Counted from the stretch's first letter, positions 1-13,825 are shown. The stretch: DNA of 64,000 bases from Narcine bancroftii (GCF_036971445.1 NC_091474.1:8308001-8372000), one strand, 5' to 3'. Numbers and translations: made by a program. Notes: generated from the sequence alone by a model not told the origin.

Positions 1-675
1 ATGAGCAAATCTAAGTTCTTGTGAGTCACTATCTCAGAGGATCTTTCCTGGACCCAACACAGGAATGGCATTGTGAAGAAAGCACATCATTGCCTCTACT
101 TCAGGAGTTTGGAGAGGTTTGGTACGACATCGGAAACCATAGCAAATCTCTACAGATGTTGGAAAGTGTGCTGATTGTCTCCATCACTGTCTGGTATGAG
201 GACACCAATGTCCATGAGCAAAAGCCCTGCAAAAGGTAGTGGACACAGCCAAGGACATCACATGCAAAACCCTCCCCACCATCGAGAACATCTACATGGA
301 ATGCTGTTGTCCGAAAGCAGCAGCAAACATCCACACCACTTAGAACACACTCTGTTCTCGCTGCTGCCATTGAGAACGAGGCATAGCTGTTACAAAACTC
401 ACACTTCCAGATTCAGGAACAATTGCTGTTCCTCCACCATCAGACTCAACAGAAAACTTAATCAGGGACTTATTTTAGGACTCTTTTGGACATGATTTTT
501 TTTTCTCCCTCTCTGTATTACACAGTATATTTTTTATTTGTTTACATGTGTTCATTTAGACAGTTTTTTTTTTGCACTGCCAATAAGTGGTAATTCTACC
601 TTGCCCGCAGGAAAAAGAATCTCAGTGTTGTATGTCATGTATGTACTCTGACAATAAATCTCAAGTCTGATCTGA
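1..675 (+). mobile_element. Degraded Rex1/Babar-like LINE 3' end
   Basis: Similar to 34110-34660 and other copies; ends aataaatc...tctga. Confidence 0.7.
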
Positions 676-2222
676 AACTGAAAAAGCTGTCATTTGTGGA
701 AAGGACTACAAAAGAAGTTTTCAAATTATTTTTGAGCCACAATTAGGTTACAAAAAAGTTATAGAAAAACAAGGCACAGTTAATCATTTTACCCACCTTT
801 AGAAATCTCAATTTTGTTTTAAAAGATGTACAAATGACAAGTCTGCGCCAGGTGCAGAATGGTTTCATGAATGACTGCTTAAGAAGCAGCAGCTGCTAAC
901 GTACTTAAAGATAGAACTGATCAATCTGCAATTCCGAGTTTTAGAAGAAAAGAGTTTGTGCAAAATAGAAGAACTTTCATGAATGGTTACTTCGTGGTTT
1001 ACAAAGATATGAGGGACTGAAGATCCTGCTTCAGTGCTGTACAAATCTATGACAAGATTTCAAGCCAATTTGTCATGCATTTCACACAGGGAATTTAATC
1101 ATTCTCCCCGAGCATTCCTAACTTCCAGAAGGCAAAAACATTACTGGATGATGTGATTAGAAAAATTCCATTGATGTAGTAGATAAAAAAAGATTTAGAC
1201 TATTCTTCACATTAACATTGTGAAATGAATCTAACAATCTGATAAATTGGTCTTAAGGGTCTTTCCTTGAAATCACAAATTTATATCTACACAACTTGCA
1301 GCGACTTGAATCTTGAATTTCAGTAGAAATTTTCACACTTTTGTAACAAAGGACACCCCAGAGTTTTAGTATGTATAATTACGATCAAATTTTCAAACAG
1401 TAGTTGGATGGGGCTAACAGGTAAACCAGCTGTAAAATTGTTTAAATAGGCAATATTTTTCAATTAAATTAACAATTTTCATTATTCCCAATACTGACAG
1501 CAGATTCATGGCAAATGTCTGAAAGCTGGTCATGCTCCAATTGTGCAAGCCCTAACAAAATGCTGAATCATTGATAATTTATGACTTCTTCCATTGACAA
1601 TTGCACCAGTAATTCCTTTTGACATTTGACAACAATTAACATTTGTGGAATTCAGTGTTAGCCCTGATGAAATGAACAGAGTGGGACACAAACAGGAAGG
1701 CATACAAGTTGAGCAAAATGAGCCTGTTGAAATGGAATTAGTATTTTTTTGCAACTCTGTGACCATTTTAATGTTAAAAGTATTAAAAATTCTAAGATTT
1801 TGACAAATGGCATAGTGGAACAGCATAACATCCCACTGTGTCTCAATTCTTCCAGAGGAGGGCTTATTCTGCTATCCACATACAAGGCCAATGTGCAGTT
1901 CAACAGAAAAACCTTGCACGATTTTTTAATTATAGGTTTTTTGAGAGTGGAAGATTTCGTTAACGATGGATCTCCCATACAAGAATATATTTTTAAAGAA
2001 CATACATTTTCTGTGGAAGGCCTGCTTAATATTTCCTAAATTCTCCAAGCTTTAACTGGCTGCAATATCATCGCTTGGATTCTGCAAGTACAATAGTAGA
2101 ACTATCAAGTTCTGTTGTCATTATACCATGGGATTGACACCATCTTGGGGGGGGGGGGGGGGGTTGAGTTTTACAATTTAATGCAGAAACTGGTTGCTGA
2201 CAGGATTCCGGACTTCACATAT

Positions 2223-2490
2223 AGCATTGCCCCTTTCCTCTCCACAGCATTGCCCCTTTCCTCTCCACAGCATTGCCCCTTTCCTCTCCACAGCATTGCC
2301 CCTTTCCTCTCCACAGCATTGCCCCTTTCCTCTCCACAGCATTGCCCCTTTCCTCTCCACAGCATTGCCCCTTTCCTCTCCACAGCATTGCCCCTTTCCT
2401 CTCCACAGCATTGCCCCTTTCCTCTCCACAGCATTGCCCCTTTCCTCTCCACAGCATTGCCCCTTTCCTCTCCACAGCATTGCCCCTTTC
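2223..2490. repeat. Minisatellite, 23-bp unit AGCATTGCCCCTTTCCTCTCCAC, about 11.6 copies
   Basis: Directly visible, apparently perfect tandem repeat in DNAJC5 intron 4. Confidence 0.97.
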
Positions 2491-2807
2491 AGGTATTTCT
2501 AAACCAATCCCCTTAAAATGATGCATATTCAGAAAAATTTTAATAGTATATATACCATTATTTCTGGTCAGCAAACTTTAATGCGGAAAAAAAATTGCAC
2601 CATGGTTTAAAATTTATTAAGATAATTGTAAATGACCAGAGATTATCCAGGTCGATTCATCAATCACATTTGCTACTCAAATAAATTCATTTTGTCATGT
2701 ATTATTGTTTTAACTGTAATAACGTAATATTTAAAACATAGGGAGAGCTGTTGATCCTCCCCAGAAGTACCACGGCCGATCTGGTGGAAGTTCATGATTC
2801 TATGTAC

Positions 2808-2982
2808 CTTTTTCCATGTCTGACTGAAGCTGTGCCTCCAGATCCTCTGGTGAAACGTAATATTCTTGTTCCTCCCCTTCAGGCGGCTTTGGTTTACACT
2901 TTCCACAGCAGCAATTACAACAACAGCACAGACAGCAGCAGAAGTAACAACCGGTGATCACTCCACAGAAGAGAAACAGTGC
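2808..2982 (-). CDS. DNAJC5: DNAJC5 exon 4 (cysteine string)
   Basis: Manual translation [58 protein letters not shown]. 175 nt, tttcag acceptor, gtacat donor. The final coding exon was not found in 1-2800. Confidence 0.97.
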
Positions 2983-3578
2983 CTGAAATTAGATGTCGCA
3001 CAGAAGTGCCGTCAACAGCAGGTCATTAAATTCAGACGGGCTTTCGACAGAAATCGTCAATGTTCCTGCCGCAAGAAGTCCCAGACAAAATGGAGATGTT
3101 TAGAATTATATTAAAAACGAACCACATTCGTGACTTTTGAATTTCAAAGGGAGCTAACAAAATATTGGCATTTCTCGGAGATTGCTGGAGGATTTTGGGG
3201 AGTGGAGCCAGAACAGAAACATAAAGTAACTATTATTGAATTAAGAGAACCAGACATCAATGTGCAGATATTCCCCACCCCCCCCCCCCCATCCACATCC
3301 TCATCTCTTCAATTTACCACATCAATCATAACCCCAAGGAATGAAGACCTGCTGAAAGCAGCAACCAGCGAATGAAAGTGAGGAAACAACCTCGAAGACG
3401 CAACATGGAATCTATGTCTTCAAATGGAGAGGGGAATGATCACACAGCCAGAGTTTCACAGCATGAAAACAAGCCAACTACGTTGTCTACCTAAGCTAGA
3501 CCTATTTGCCTATGATTGGCCCTCAAAGTTTTCTATGTACCTGTATAAATACTTTTCAAACATTGCTCATACACAATA

Positions 3579-5360
3579 CTGCCACTTTCTCTCAGCTCAT
3601 TCCACAACCCTGCCACTTTCTCTCAGCTCATTCCACAACCCTGCCACTTTCTCTCAGCTCATTCCACAACCCTGCCACTTTCTCTCAGCTCATTCCACAA
3701 CCCTGCCTCTTTCTCTCAGCTTATTCCACAACCCTGCCTCTCTCTCAGCTCATTCCACAACCCTGCCTCTTTCTCTCAGATCATTCCACAACCCTGCCAC
3801 TTACTCTCAGCTCATTCCACAACCCTGCCTCTCTCTCAGCTCATTCCACAACCCTGCCTCTCTCTAAGCTCATTCCACAACCCTGCCTCTTTCTCTCAGC
3901 TCATTCCACAACCCTGCCACTTTCTCTCAGCTCATTCCACAACCCTGCCTTTCTCTCAGCTCATTCCACAACCCTGCCTTTCTCTCAGCTCATTCCACAA
4001 CCCTGCCTCTTTCTCTCAGCTCATTCCACAACCCTGCCTCTTTCTCTCAGCTCATTCCACAACCCTGCCCCTTTCTCTCAGCTCATTCCACAACCCTGCC
4101 CCTTTCTCTCAGCTCATTCCACAACCCTGCCTCTTTCTCTCAGCTCATTCCACAACCCTGCCACTTACTCTCAGCTCATTCCACAACCCTGCCTCTCTCT
4201 CAGCTCATTCCACAACCCTGCCTTTCTCTCAGCTCATTCCACAACCCTGCCTCTTTCTCTCAGCTCATTCCACAACCCTGCCTTTCTCTCAGCTCATTCC
4301 ACAACCCTGCCTTTCTCTCAGCTCATTCCACTACCCTGCCTTTCTCTCAGCTCATTCCACTACCCTGCCTCTTTCTCTCAGCTCATTCCACAACCCTGCC
4401 TCTTTCTCTCAGCTCATTCCACAACCCTGCCTCTTTCTCTCAGCTCATTCCACAACCCTGCCTCTTTCTCTCAGCTCATTCCACAACCCTGCCTCTTTCT
4501 CTCAGCTCATTCCACAACCCTGCCTCTTTCTCTCAGCTCATTCCACAACCCTGCCTCTTTCTCTCAGCTCATTCCACAACCCCCCCTCTTTCTCTCAGCT
4601 CATTCCACAACCCCGCCTCTTTCTCTCAGCTCATTCCACAACCCCGCCTCTTTCTCTCAGCTCATTCCACAACCCTGCCTTTCTCTCAGCTCATTCCACA
4701 ACCCTGCCTTTCTCTCAGCTCATTCCACAACCCTGCCTTTCTCTCAGCTCATTCCACAACCCTGCCTCTTTCTCTCAGCTCATTCCACAACCCTGCCTCT
4801 TTCTCTCAGCTCATTCCACAACCCTGCCTCTTTCTCTCAGCTCATTCCACAACCCTGCCTCTTTCTCTCAGCTCATTCCACAACCCTGCCTCTTTCTCTC
4901 AGCTCATTCCACAACCCCGCCTCTTTCTCTCAGCTCATTCCACAACCCCCCCTCTTTCTCTCAGCTCATTCCACAACCCTGCCTCTTTCTCTCAGCTCAT
5001 TCCACAACCCTGCCTCTTTCTCTCAGCTCATTCCACAACCCTGCCTCTTTCTCTCAGCTCATTCCACAACCCTGCCTCTTTCTCTCAGCTCATTCCACAA
5101 ACCTGCCCCTTTCTCTCAGCTCATTCCACAACCCTGCCCCTTTCTCTCAGCTCATTCCACAACCCTGCCCCTTTCTCTCAGCTCATTCCACAACCCTGCC
5201 CCTTTCTCTCAGCTCATTCCACAACCCTGCCTCTTTCTCTCAGCTCATTCCACAACCCTGCCTCTTTCTCTCAGCTCATTCTGCAACCCTGCCTCTTTCT
5301 CTCAGCTCATTCTGCAACCCTGCCTCTTTCTCTTAGCTCATTCAACAACCCTGCCACTCT
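3579..5360. repeat. Minisatellite, 29-31-bp unit CTGCCTCTTTCTCTCAGCTCATTCCACAACC, about 58 copies
   Basis: Directly visible tandem array with several variant units. It explains the 627-aa ORF. Confidence 0.97.
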
Positions 5361-6113
5361 GTGTGGAAGTGTCCATAAGGTTTTTATAAAAAAAAACAAC
5401 TTTTCTTTCCCACTGTCACTATGATTTCCAGCTTTATATTTCCCTACTTTGATAAAGCATTATTCATCTCATTTATACCGGAGGTTCCTAACCTTTTTCT
5501 TTCCACCTTAGGTTCTCTGTAGTTAGTAAGGGATTACTAATGAAATGCGAGTGGAAAAAAGGTTGAGAGCCACTGTTTGTACCCTTCAGAATTATTTATA
5601 CCTCTGTATGCCCCCCTCAACCTCTTGTACTCTGGGAAGAAAAGTCCAGCTTATCCTTGCATCTCAAGCTCACTTGCTCCAATAAGATTCTAAATCTCTT
5701 CTGTATCCTATCTAGCTTAATTACATCTTCTCGAGAGCTGGATCTCATCAGAACTGCACACAATACTTTGTGTCTTGTACAATTATAATATGCCCAGATC
5801 CTATATGGAATACCTGACTCATGAAGGTAAACATGTCAAACGTTACCTTCACAACTATGTCTATTTGTGATGGCACTTTCCTTTGGTTCCATTTGCAGTA
5901 GCTATCTGGAATACTGTGACACCCCAATTCCCTCCCATCACAGTGTGATAGAATGCTCTCCACTTGTAACTCCTGAATATTAATTTCCTCCACCAATCAA
6001 AACATGTTATTCTGACAGCATCTCCCAAACCTGCAAGCTCTACCTCCAAGACTTCAGGCACAAGGAAACACTATCACCTCCATATTCACCTCAAGTCATG
6101 GATTGCATCACCT

Positions 6114-7270
6114 TTTGTTCATTTCATTCGACCTATCTGTGCAAGTATCCTCACTAGAAGGTCAAGACCTTGAAGGTGATGGTGGTCACCACCACCACCT
6201 TCAAGGACATCTAGAGATGTAGAGCAAACGCTAGTTTCAGAATCAAATGCCAGATTCGAAAATGAACAAAAATTATAAATATCCAGAAATTAGCCCATCA
6301 AATGCAAATGCAAAATCTAATTACTTTAAAATGCCTCAGTTGGTAATGGAAGAATTTAGTAGAAACTATTTTAAGAACTTAACTGCATATACCATCTTCA
6401 GTAGCAACAGTACAATGGAAAGCAAAATAACACCACCATTTAAAAAAAGTGCTGGCTTTGAAGATTCACTTAGCTCAAAGGGGTAACAAAGCCATTTTGT
6501 CAAAGTTCAGAAGGCTATGTGAACCCATTTTAACAAGTGTGACTGCATGAGAGCAGTAAATAAGGTGTTCATCTTCTTAAGAGTACTCTTGTAATGCAAG
6601 TCCAAAATGTTACTGTTCATTAATATTCATTTTCGTTTTCTACATTTTCTCAAATAAGAATATTTATTGAAATTAAGTAACATGTGGGATAAAGTCCTGA
6701 ATGCATGTTCCAAAATAACATTTAGAACAGAAGGACAGTCATACTATTCAGATAAAAATACATTAAATAAAATTTAAAAATTTTTGTTCACAAATGTCAA
6801 TCAGCAGGTAGCAGAACAAAGTTCCAACTTGAACAGAAGATAAATATCAATGCATTTGAAAGTCACAGCACAAAATTCTTACAAACTGAAATTCCATTGT
6901 CTATTCACTATACAACTTGCAAATACTGTTATATAAATATGGAATCATTTGTAATTTGATATATTGAAAGCTGGAAATAAGGATTTTTTTTTAGTCAGTC
7001 ATAATCTTCTTTCCCCAGATGTCTTTGTTTCTTAGAGTGAACAATGATTGTTCATTTAGTTTAAATTAAATATTCCAGAGGAACCACTAATCCCTAGAAA
7101 CAATCAATACATTAATTTCTACCAACTGGACTAATTTCTGGATATTTATAATTTTTGTTCATTTTCGAATCTGGCATTTGATTCTGAAACTAGCATTTGC
7201 TCTACATCTCTAGATGTAGAGTGTTGACCTTCTAGTGAGGGTACTTGCACAGATAGGTTGAATGAACAAA
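6114..7270. repeat. Inverted duplication, arms 6114-6293 and 7131-7270
   Basis: The reverse complement of 7131-7270 matches 6114-6293 apart from a few substitutions, a 5-bp indel, and replacement of the 6166-6206 hairpin by 6 bp. Confidence 0.9.
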
Positions 7271-7278
7271 TTATTCTG

Positions 7279-7446
<168 letters not shown>

Positions 7447-7845
7447 CTAACGATTAGAGAGCAGTAAAAATGAGAGAAAAAGAAAAGCTAACATTTGAAA
7501 TAGTAAAATCTCTGTTTACTGCAAAGTGAGGGTGGGGGGGGGGTGGAGGGAAGTGAAGCCATGTTGGAAAGGAACAGGAAAAGTACATGGAGTTATAAAA
7601 ATTCTGATGCTTGCAAGAGGTCTTGTTCTTCATTATTTGTTAATAAATAAAATGGCCAGAATTTCCCTAACCTCTTAATAAAGTAAGGCAGCATTTGTTT
7701 CTAAGTCAGGTAAAATTAATACATCAGAGTGGTTAATCTCGACTTCGTCATCGTTTGACTTTGTATTTGTCGCTCTTCCTGCAAATCCAATTACGTTAGT
7801 AATTCAGTTATTTGTCCAAAGATTAGAAAAGATTAAAACCAATTA

Positions 7846-8115
<270 letters not shown>

Positions 8116-8679
8116 TTAGAATTTGTTTTTAAACAAATGCTCAAAAATATTAACATTTTCTAAATCTTATCACCGTAATTAAAGTTCTTTGTCAAATCGC
8201 ATTATAGATTGAAGTGTAATGAAATATTGTTGGAGCATCTTCATGTGAGGACATTGCACCCTCTGGTGTTATAATTAATAGTTACAATGTTTAGCAAAAA
8301 TCCTGCACACATTGAAAGGTTTTATGATTGTACAAAATACACATCAAATTAACATTTCTATTACAAGATGATGGAATCTTTATTTGGTTAACTCTGAAAA
8401 TTAATGAATCACTTCAGAGATAAAGTAAAACTCCATTAATCCAGCATACTTAGGACTTGTGATGCCAGACAGGCTTGTTTAATAATCCAACACACTTAAT
8501 TCACTTTTAAGATGTTACAAAGTCCGATAATAAATTTCAGAGGTCTTAATTATGGTTAAAGAGAGCATGGGAACATGGGGCTAAAAGTGATATTGGGATT
8601 TTTATAGTAAAACTCTATATACAATAGATTTTTACTAGAATCGTGGTCTCATTTCTATTAAAACATTGCACAATGCTGT

Positions 8680-9365
8680 CTTCTTCTTTGGCTTGGCTTC
8701 GCGGACGAAGATTTTCAATGTGTGCAGGCTCGTGGCTGACAAGTCCGATGCGGGACAGGCAGACACGGTTGCAGCGGTTGCAAGGGAAAATTGGTGGGTT
8801 GGGGTTGGGTGTTGGGTTTTTCCTCCTTTGTCTTTTGACAGTGAGGTGAGCTCTGCGGTCTTCTTCAAAGGAGGTTGCTGCCCGCCGAATTGTGAGGCGC
8901 CAAGATGCACGGTTGGAGGCGAGATCAGCCCACTGGCGGTGGTCAATGTGGCAGGCACCAAGAGATTTCTTTACTCTTCCTTGGTGCACCTCTGTCTCGG
9001 TGGCCATATAACACGATCTTGGGAAGGCGATGGTCCTCCATTCTGGAGACGTGACCTACCCAGCACAGTTTGATCTTCAGCAGCGTGGATTCGATGCTGT
9101 CGGCCTCTGCCATCTCGAGTACTTCGATGTTGGAGATGAAGTCGCTCAAATGAATGTTGAGGATGGAGCGGAGACAACGCTGGTGGAAGCGTTCTAGGAG
9201 CCGTAGGTGATGCCGGTAGAGGACCCATGATTCAGAGCCGAACAGGAGTGTGGGTATGACAACGGCTCTGTATACGCTAATCTTTGTGAGGTTTTTCAGT
9301 TGGTTGTTTTTCCAGACTCTTTTGTGTAGTCTTCCAAAGGCGCTATTTGCCTTGGCGAGTCTGTA
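8680..9365 (-). mobile_element. Same RTE family, 5'-truncated, with small internal deletions
   Basis: Near identity to ~32275-33009; (TTC)n tail at 8680. Confidence 0.9.
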
Positions 9366-9822
9366 AATGCGAGTCAATGTTGTAAAGTGGTTTGAAAGGT
9401 GCTGCCCTACTGTAATGTGAAATATCTGTGCATCAGTAGGGCCAATACAATTTAAATTGAGACGTTCCTCAGTTGTTTTTTTGAGGTAACTTGAACATGT
9501 TGTTCTACAGTCATTTATTGTCTGAAATTAATCAACTCAAATTGAGACCCTAGGACTTTCCTGGTCTGTGATGTTGCACAATAGTTATTCCAAGAGGGTT
9601 AATTCTTTTGAAATTTTAAAGCTTTTTGTTAAACCATGAAAGAGCAGTTACGTACAAACTGGAAATGACATTGTTCCATGAAAAATCTGAATAACATTAA
9701 TACAGCCAAGTTGATAGATTTTGATTTTATTTCATTTTGAAATGCATCAAGGCAGGCCGACCACAATTATTCACTCCTAAGTTTAGAAAATATTCATTAC
9801 AATGCTCCCTGACTAACTCCCT

Positions 9823-10302
9823 GAGTTAATAGAAATTTGAACAAGTTTTGGGCTGGTTAAAATCTGGTTTTATGAAGTGATAATGCAATATTCCAGTTAC
9901 ATCAGTGAGCCCTGATCAGTAAACAAAAAAAATAAGTCAATCAAATGTGTTGGTACAAAGGAATACCTATTGGAGTAGGGCAGTCACTTCCTGGTAGGAA
10001 GCAGCTACAGGTTAAAGGAGAGAATTTATCATCTTTTTCTGATCTGAGAGAAGTGGTATGAATACCTTTCTGCCTTTTTATAAAGCATAAAGATGATAAA
10101 TTCTCTCCTTTAACCTGTAGCTGCTTCCTACCAGGAAGTGACTGCCCTACTCCAATAGGTATTCCTTTGTACCAACACATTTGATTGACTTATTTTTTTT
10201 GTTTACTGATCAGGGCTCACTGATGTAACTGGAATATTGCATTATCACTTCATAAAACCAGATTTTTACCAGCCCAAAACTTGTTCAAATTTCTATTAAC
10301 TC
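9823..10302. repeat. Near-perfect long inverted repeat, arms 9823-10036 and 10089-10302 (214 bp), 52-bp spacer
   Basis: One mismatch found by eye. Confidence 0.95.
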
Positions 10303-10306
10303 CTAA

Positions 10307-10510
10307 ACAGTTAGTGTAGCAGTAAATGCATTATTATTACAGTACTAGTGACCTGGGTTGGAATCGGGCACTACCTGTGGGGAGTTTGTGCACTCTCCCT
10401 GTGACCTGTATGGGTTTTCCCCAGGTGCTTCAGTTTCCTCCCCACTCTCGAAACACACACAGGGTTGGTCAGTCTATTGAGTGAAATTGGGCAGCATGGA
10501 TTTCAATGCC
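10307..10510 (+). mobile_element. tRNA-derived V-SINE-like element
   Basis: A/B-box-like head followed by ggagtttg...ctccctgtgacc...gggtttt...gtttcctccc core. Related fragments at ~57594-57680 (+), ~58622-58670 (-) and ~53120-53250 (-). Confidence 0.7.
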
Positions 10511-11147
10511 AAAAATTTGATTCGACAATACATCATTAAATTAAAAAAATAGCTGGAATCATTCCAGCTGCTGGTAATTGTCTAACAGCGCCTCATTAAA
10601 TGCCCATTTAGCATAATTAGAGAACCACATAAATAGGACATACTGCCAGGTCAACACTCCTAATTAAATGAGTGTTCAACGATATAATCCTTCTTTCCCC
10701 CAGTCGATTGTTCTCAGGTTGTTTGTAATCATTTTCTGGAACAGCATGAGCTTTAAAAATAAATGACCCACTGATTTCTCACTTTCTTGCATTTTTCAAA
10801 AAGGTCACGGTCTTGCTCCATCACAAGATGAGGCACAAGTATTCAGTTTTGAATATACCTAACCTTTTTTTATTTCAGTTCTTGGCTTTAATTGGATAAT
10901 TGCTTTAGATTTCTCACTTCTTTGCTCTTACCCCTTCCTCCTTGTATCTGACAAATCACACTGAATTACTTGTGCTTTATGTTTGGCACTCATTTTAATT
11001 AAATTATATGTGAGCTGCAAAGTGTGCAGGATAAATTACCAGGTAGAAAAGTATCGAGGGGTGTAGGATAGTGAATAAATATACAAGCCAGATCTAATCA
11101 GATGCATGTTGCCACAAAATCTATTTTTTTATTAGTTGAAGACATAC

Positions 11148-11254
11148 CTGTATGACTTCTTAATATCTTCTGGTGAAGCATTTTTGTCAAGTCCCAGAAC
11201 AATATACAGTGAATCTCCTGAGGTGGATAATGAGCGTTGCCTTTGGTCACCCAT
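11148..11254 (-). CDS. DNAJC5: DNAJC5 / cysteine string protein alpha, first coding exon (exon 2; exon begins at 11265 with 11 nt of 5'UTR)
   Basis: Manual translation [35 protein letters not shown](R). Acceptor tttag at 11270-11266, donor gtatgt from 11147. 107 coding nt, phase 2. Confidence 0.97.
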
Positions 11255-12119
11255 TTTGCGCAAAACTAAAAAGAAAAAAAATTCATAACTAAATACCCAA
11301 AGTTGTTTTTCAGCATACAGAAAAAGTTAAATTAGCATTCTCTCTCCCATCCTCCATACAAGATTGATAGATTTATTTTTAGACACAAGGAATCAAGAGA
11401 TGTTAACTACACCCCTCCTCTGGATCAGAGTCCCACTCTTCCACACCACCTAAAAACCTTGCCAACTGCACCAATCTCACTTTAAAGCTTGAGGTTCTTA
11501 AATCCATGCTTATCCTTTAGGTCATTCCATACATTTCAGACTGCTCTTAATTTCATCTGTGATATCTGCACACATCCATTTTTGGTCTGTTGAATCCTCA
11601 GTTTTAAAAGCTCCAAAAAAAATATGCTGCTATCAAGACTACTTGAACTATTAGATTGTTAATCATTTTGACTTACAGATGCAACTCAACCCAGCAGCAA
11701 ATTCTTTTAGCAAAAACAAACCATGGATATTCTACGTGTTTTTTTTCCCTCACCCCTCCAATCAAGTTCAAGTTTGTCACACTAGTTGGTACAGTGAGAA
11801 AGGTCATTCTGCCAGTAGTCTAGCATGTCATTCGAGCAAACACAACTGTACAAAGTTGAAAGGTAAGAGCACAATTACAGAGTATAGAATAACAATGAAA
11901 AGATCAATTTGCACATAGCAAGAAAGCACAAGAACATTGATGTGAGGATCATTCTAAAACCAGATGAGTGCAGGGAAACAGAGTCTAAGCTTGACAGTAT
12001 TAAATTTCACAGTCTTGAACCTTTGCTCTGATGGGAGGAGGGAGAAAAGTGTCTGGATGGGTCTTGGAGTACAATAGCTGCCCTTTCCTGAATTGCATCT
12101 TACCATTGATATTTGGGCT

Positions 12120-12622
12120 AAGAACACTTACCAGCAGCTATACTTTTGGTGTTTGAGGAGATTCAGCATGTCACTGAAGACTCAAAAACCTCTATAGGTG
12201 TACCATGAAGAAAATTCTGGCTGATTGCATCACTGTCTGGTATGAGGTGCCAACTCTCAGGCCACGATTAAAAACTCCAGAGGGTTGTCAACTTGGCATG
12301 CAACATCACAGGCACCAGACTTCACTCTATTGAGGATATATACAAGAGGTGGCATCTTAAAGATACCCACCATCCAGGCCACATCCTCTTCACACTGCTA
12401 TCGTTGGGAATAAGCTACAGGAGCACTCAGGAGCACAAGGACAGCTTCTTCCCTGCTGCCATCAGATTCCAGAATAATCAATGAACCAAAGACAGTGCCT
12501 TACTTTCCATTCCTTAATTTTTTTTTGGGTTTGTTTTAAGGTGGTTTATATGAATGCTTTCAGTCTGAGGCTGCTGCAAAACAACAAATTTTGTAACTTG
12601 TTCATGTCAATAAATTCTGATG
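12120..12622 (+). mobile_element. Degraded Rex1/Babar-like LINE 3' end
   Basis: Frameshifted LRRF...YRCT...DSFFPAAIR remnants; aataaattctga tail. Confidence 0.7.
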
Positions 12623-12667
12623 ACTATGGTGCAGTCAGTGAATTTGAAGGTTGAATTAGAACAGTAC

Positions 12668-13541
12668 AGTACAACTCCGATTATCCGAAGTGAACGGGAC
12701 CAGGCCAATGTCAGATAAACGTTTTTATTCTGAGAACTGGTCATTTAAAAAAAAAACAGCCCAGTAGCCACAGCAAATCACGTATCAACGTTTAAACTAC
12801 GAACAACAAAAGAAGGCCTTTTAAGCATTAAAATAATGATAAATTCTCACCACAGAAAATGCTGGCTGCGGCTGATCCCCGACATGTACTAACTGCTGAT
12901 CACCGACACAAACTCACCACTGCCGCTGATCCCTGGGGATCGGGCTGGTGGAGCACTCACTGGCAAGTCGGTGGGCTTCTATCTCCGTGGCCACCGGAGC
13001 TCCTGACCCTGACACCTGGGTCCAGACTCTGAATCCTTCGATAGGCCAACCGCACATGCACACCGGACTCCCCGGTGTGCATGTGTGGTAGTAGGAAGAG
13101 GGGCCAGTTCAGAGTCTGCATTGGGAGCCCTGTTGTGCCAAGAATGGAGAGTAGGGCAGGGATTCCACTGAACCCAAGGTCCTGTTCCTACCCCGGAAAC
13201 CGCTCTCCTGGACACCGGGACAAGGAATTCTTTGGACTGCTTGTGGCTGGGAGACAATAGCATGCAGTTTGAGAGGGAGAGTTGGGAGACAAAAATCAAT
13301 AGGGGTAGGTAAAGAAGAAATGCAAAGAGAGAGGGGAGGAAGTTACCTGAAATGAGGACAAGCGTTGTTCTAATTTCACGTCGAATTAAGGTGTTTCCCC
13401 CAACCTGTTAAGTCACTTTGGCTCCAAAAAAATTTTGATTTCAGATTTGTTGTTTCGGATATTCTCATTTATTCAATTTTTTAAAAATCAGATAAATAAA
13501 GATTTTAGAGAATCCAATTTCGGATCATCCGAGTTGTATTT
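12668..13541. mobile_element. Tigger/pogo-like non-autonomous element
   Basis: TA|CAGTACAACTCCGATTATCCG ... CGGATCATCCGAGTTGTATT termini; GC-richer interior. Confidence 0.6.
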
Positions 13542-13825
13542 TTCTGCACAACTGTGGGCATAGAGGGCCGAGTAAACTTTCTTCTGTTACTTAACCCAAT
13601 CGCACAAGTCATCACTGGACAAGTTTTACAAAGTGAAGCTTCTTTTCACGTGGTGGAGCCAAATACATGAAGAATTGCAGCATTTCACAAATCATTGATA
13701 AAAGCAACCCACTCATTATGGTTAGATACTTTATCGCAACCTTCCCTTTCATGAGAAAGCAATCCTGCTATCACTATTTAAAGGTTTAATATACATATCA
13801 AACAACTTTCTGCCAGTAAAACCGG

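Noticed and set aside
2030-2085. Possible last DNAJC5 exon (minus-strand MILQP resembling IVxQP)
   Set aside because: With the nearby cag acceptor the phase gives E-S-K-R-stop, and the expected SATETTQL motif is absent. The true exon is probably outside the window.
2115-2574. Overlapping repetitive ORFs and CRISPR-like periodicity
   Set aside because: Head-to-tail 23-bp repeat with no unique spacers, in vertebrate DNA.
3506-5389. 627-aa ORF
   Set aside because: Translation of a stop-free minisatellite, antisense within a DNAJC5 intron; no gene structure.
9941-10180. 79-aa ORF with mirror-like composition
   Set aside because: By-product of the inverted repeat.
10307-10380. tRNA gene
   Set aside because: Degenerate tRNA-like head continuous with a SINE body; no intact cloverleaf.
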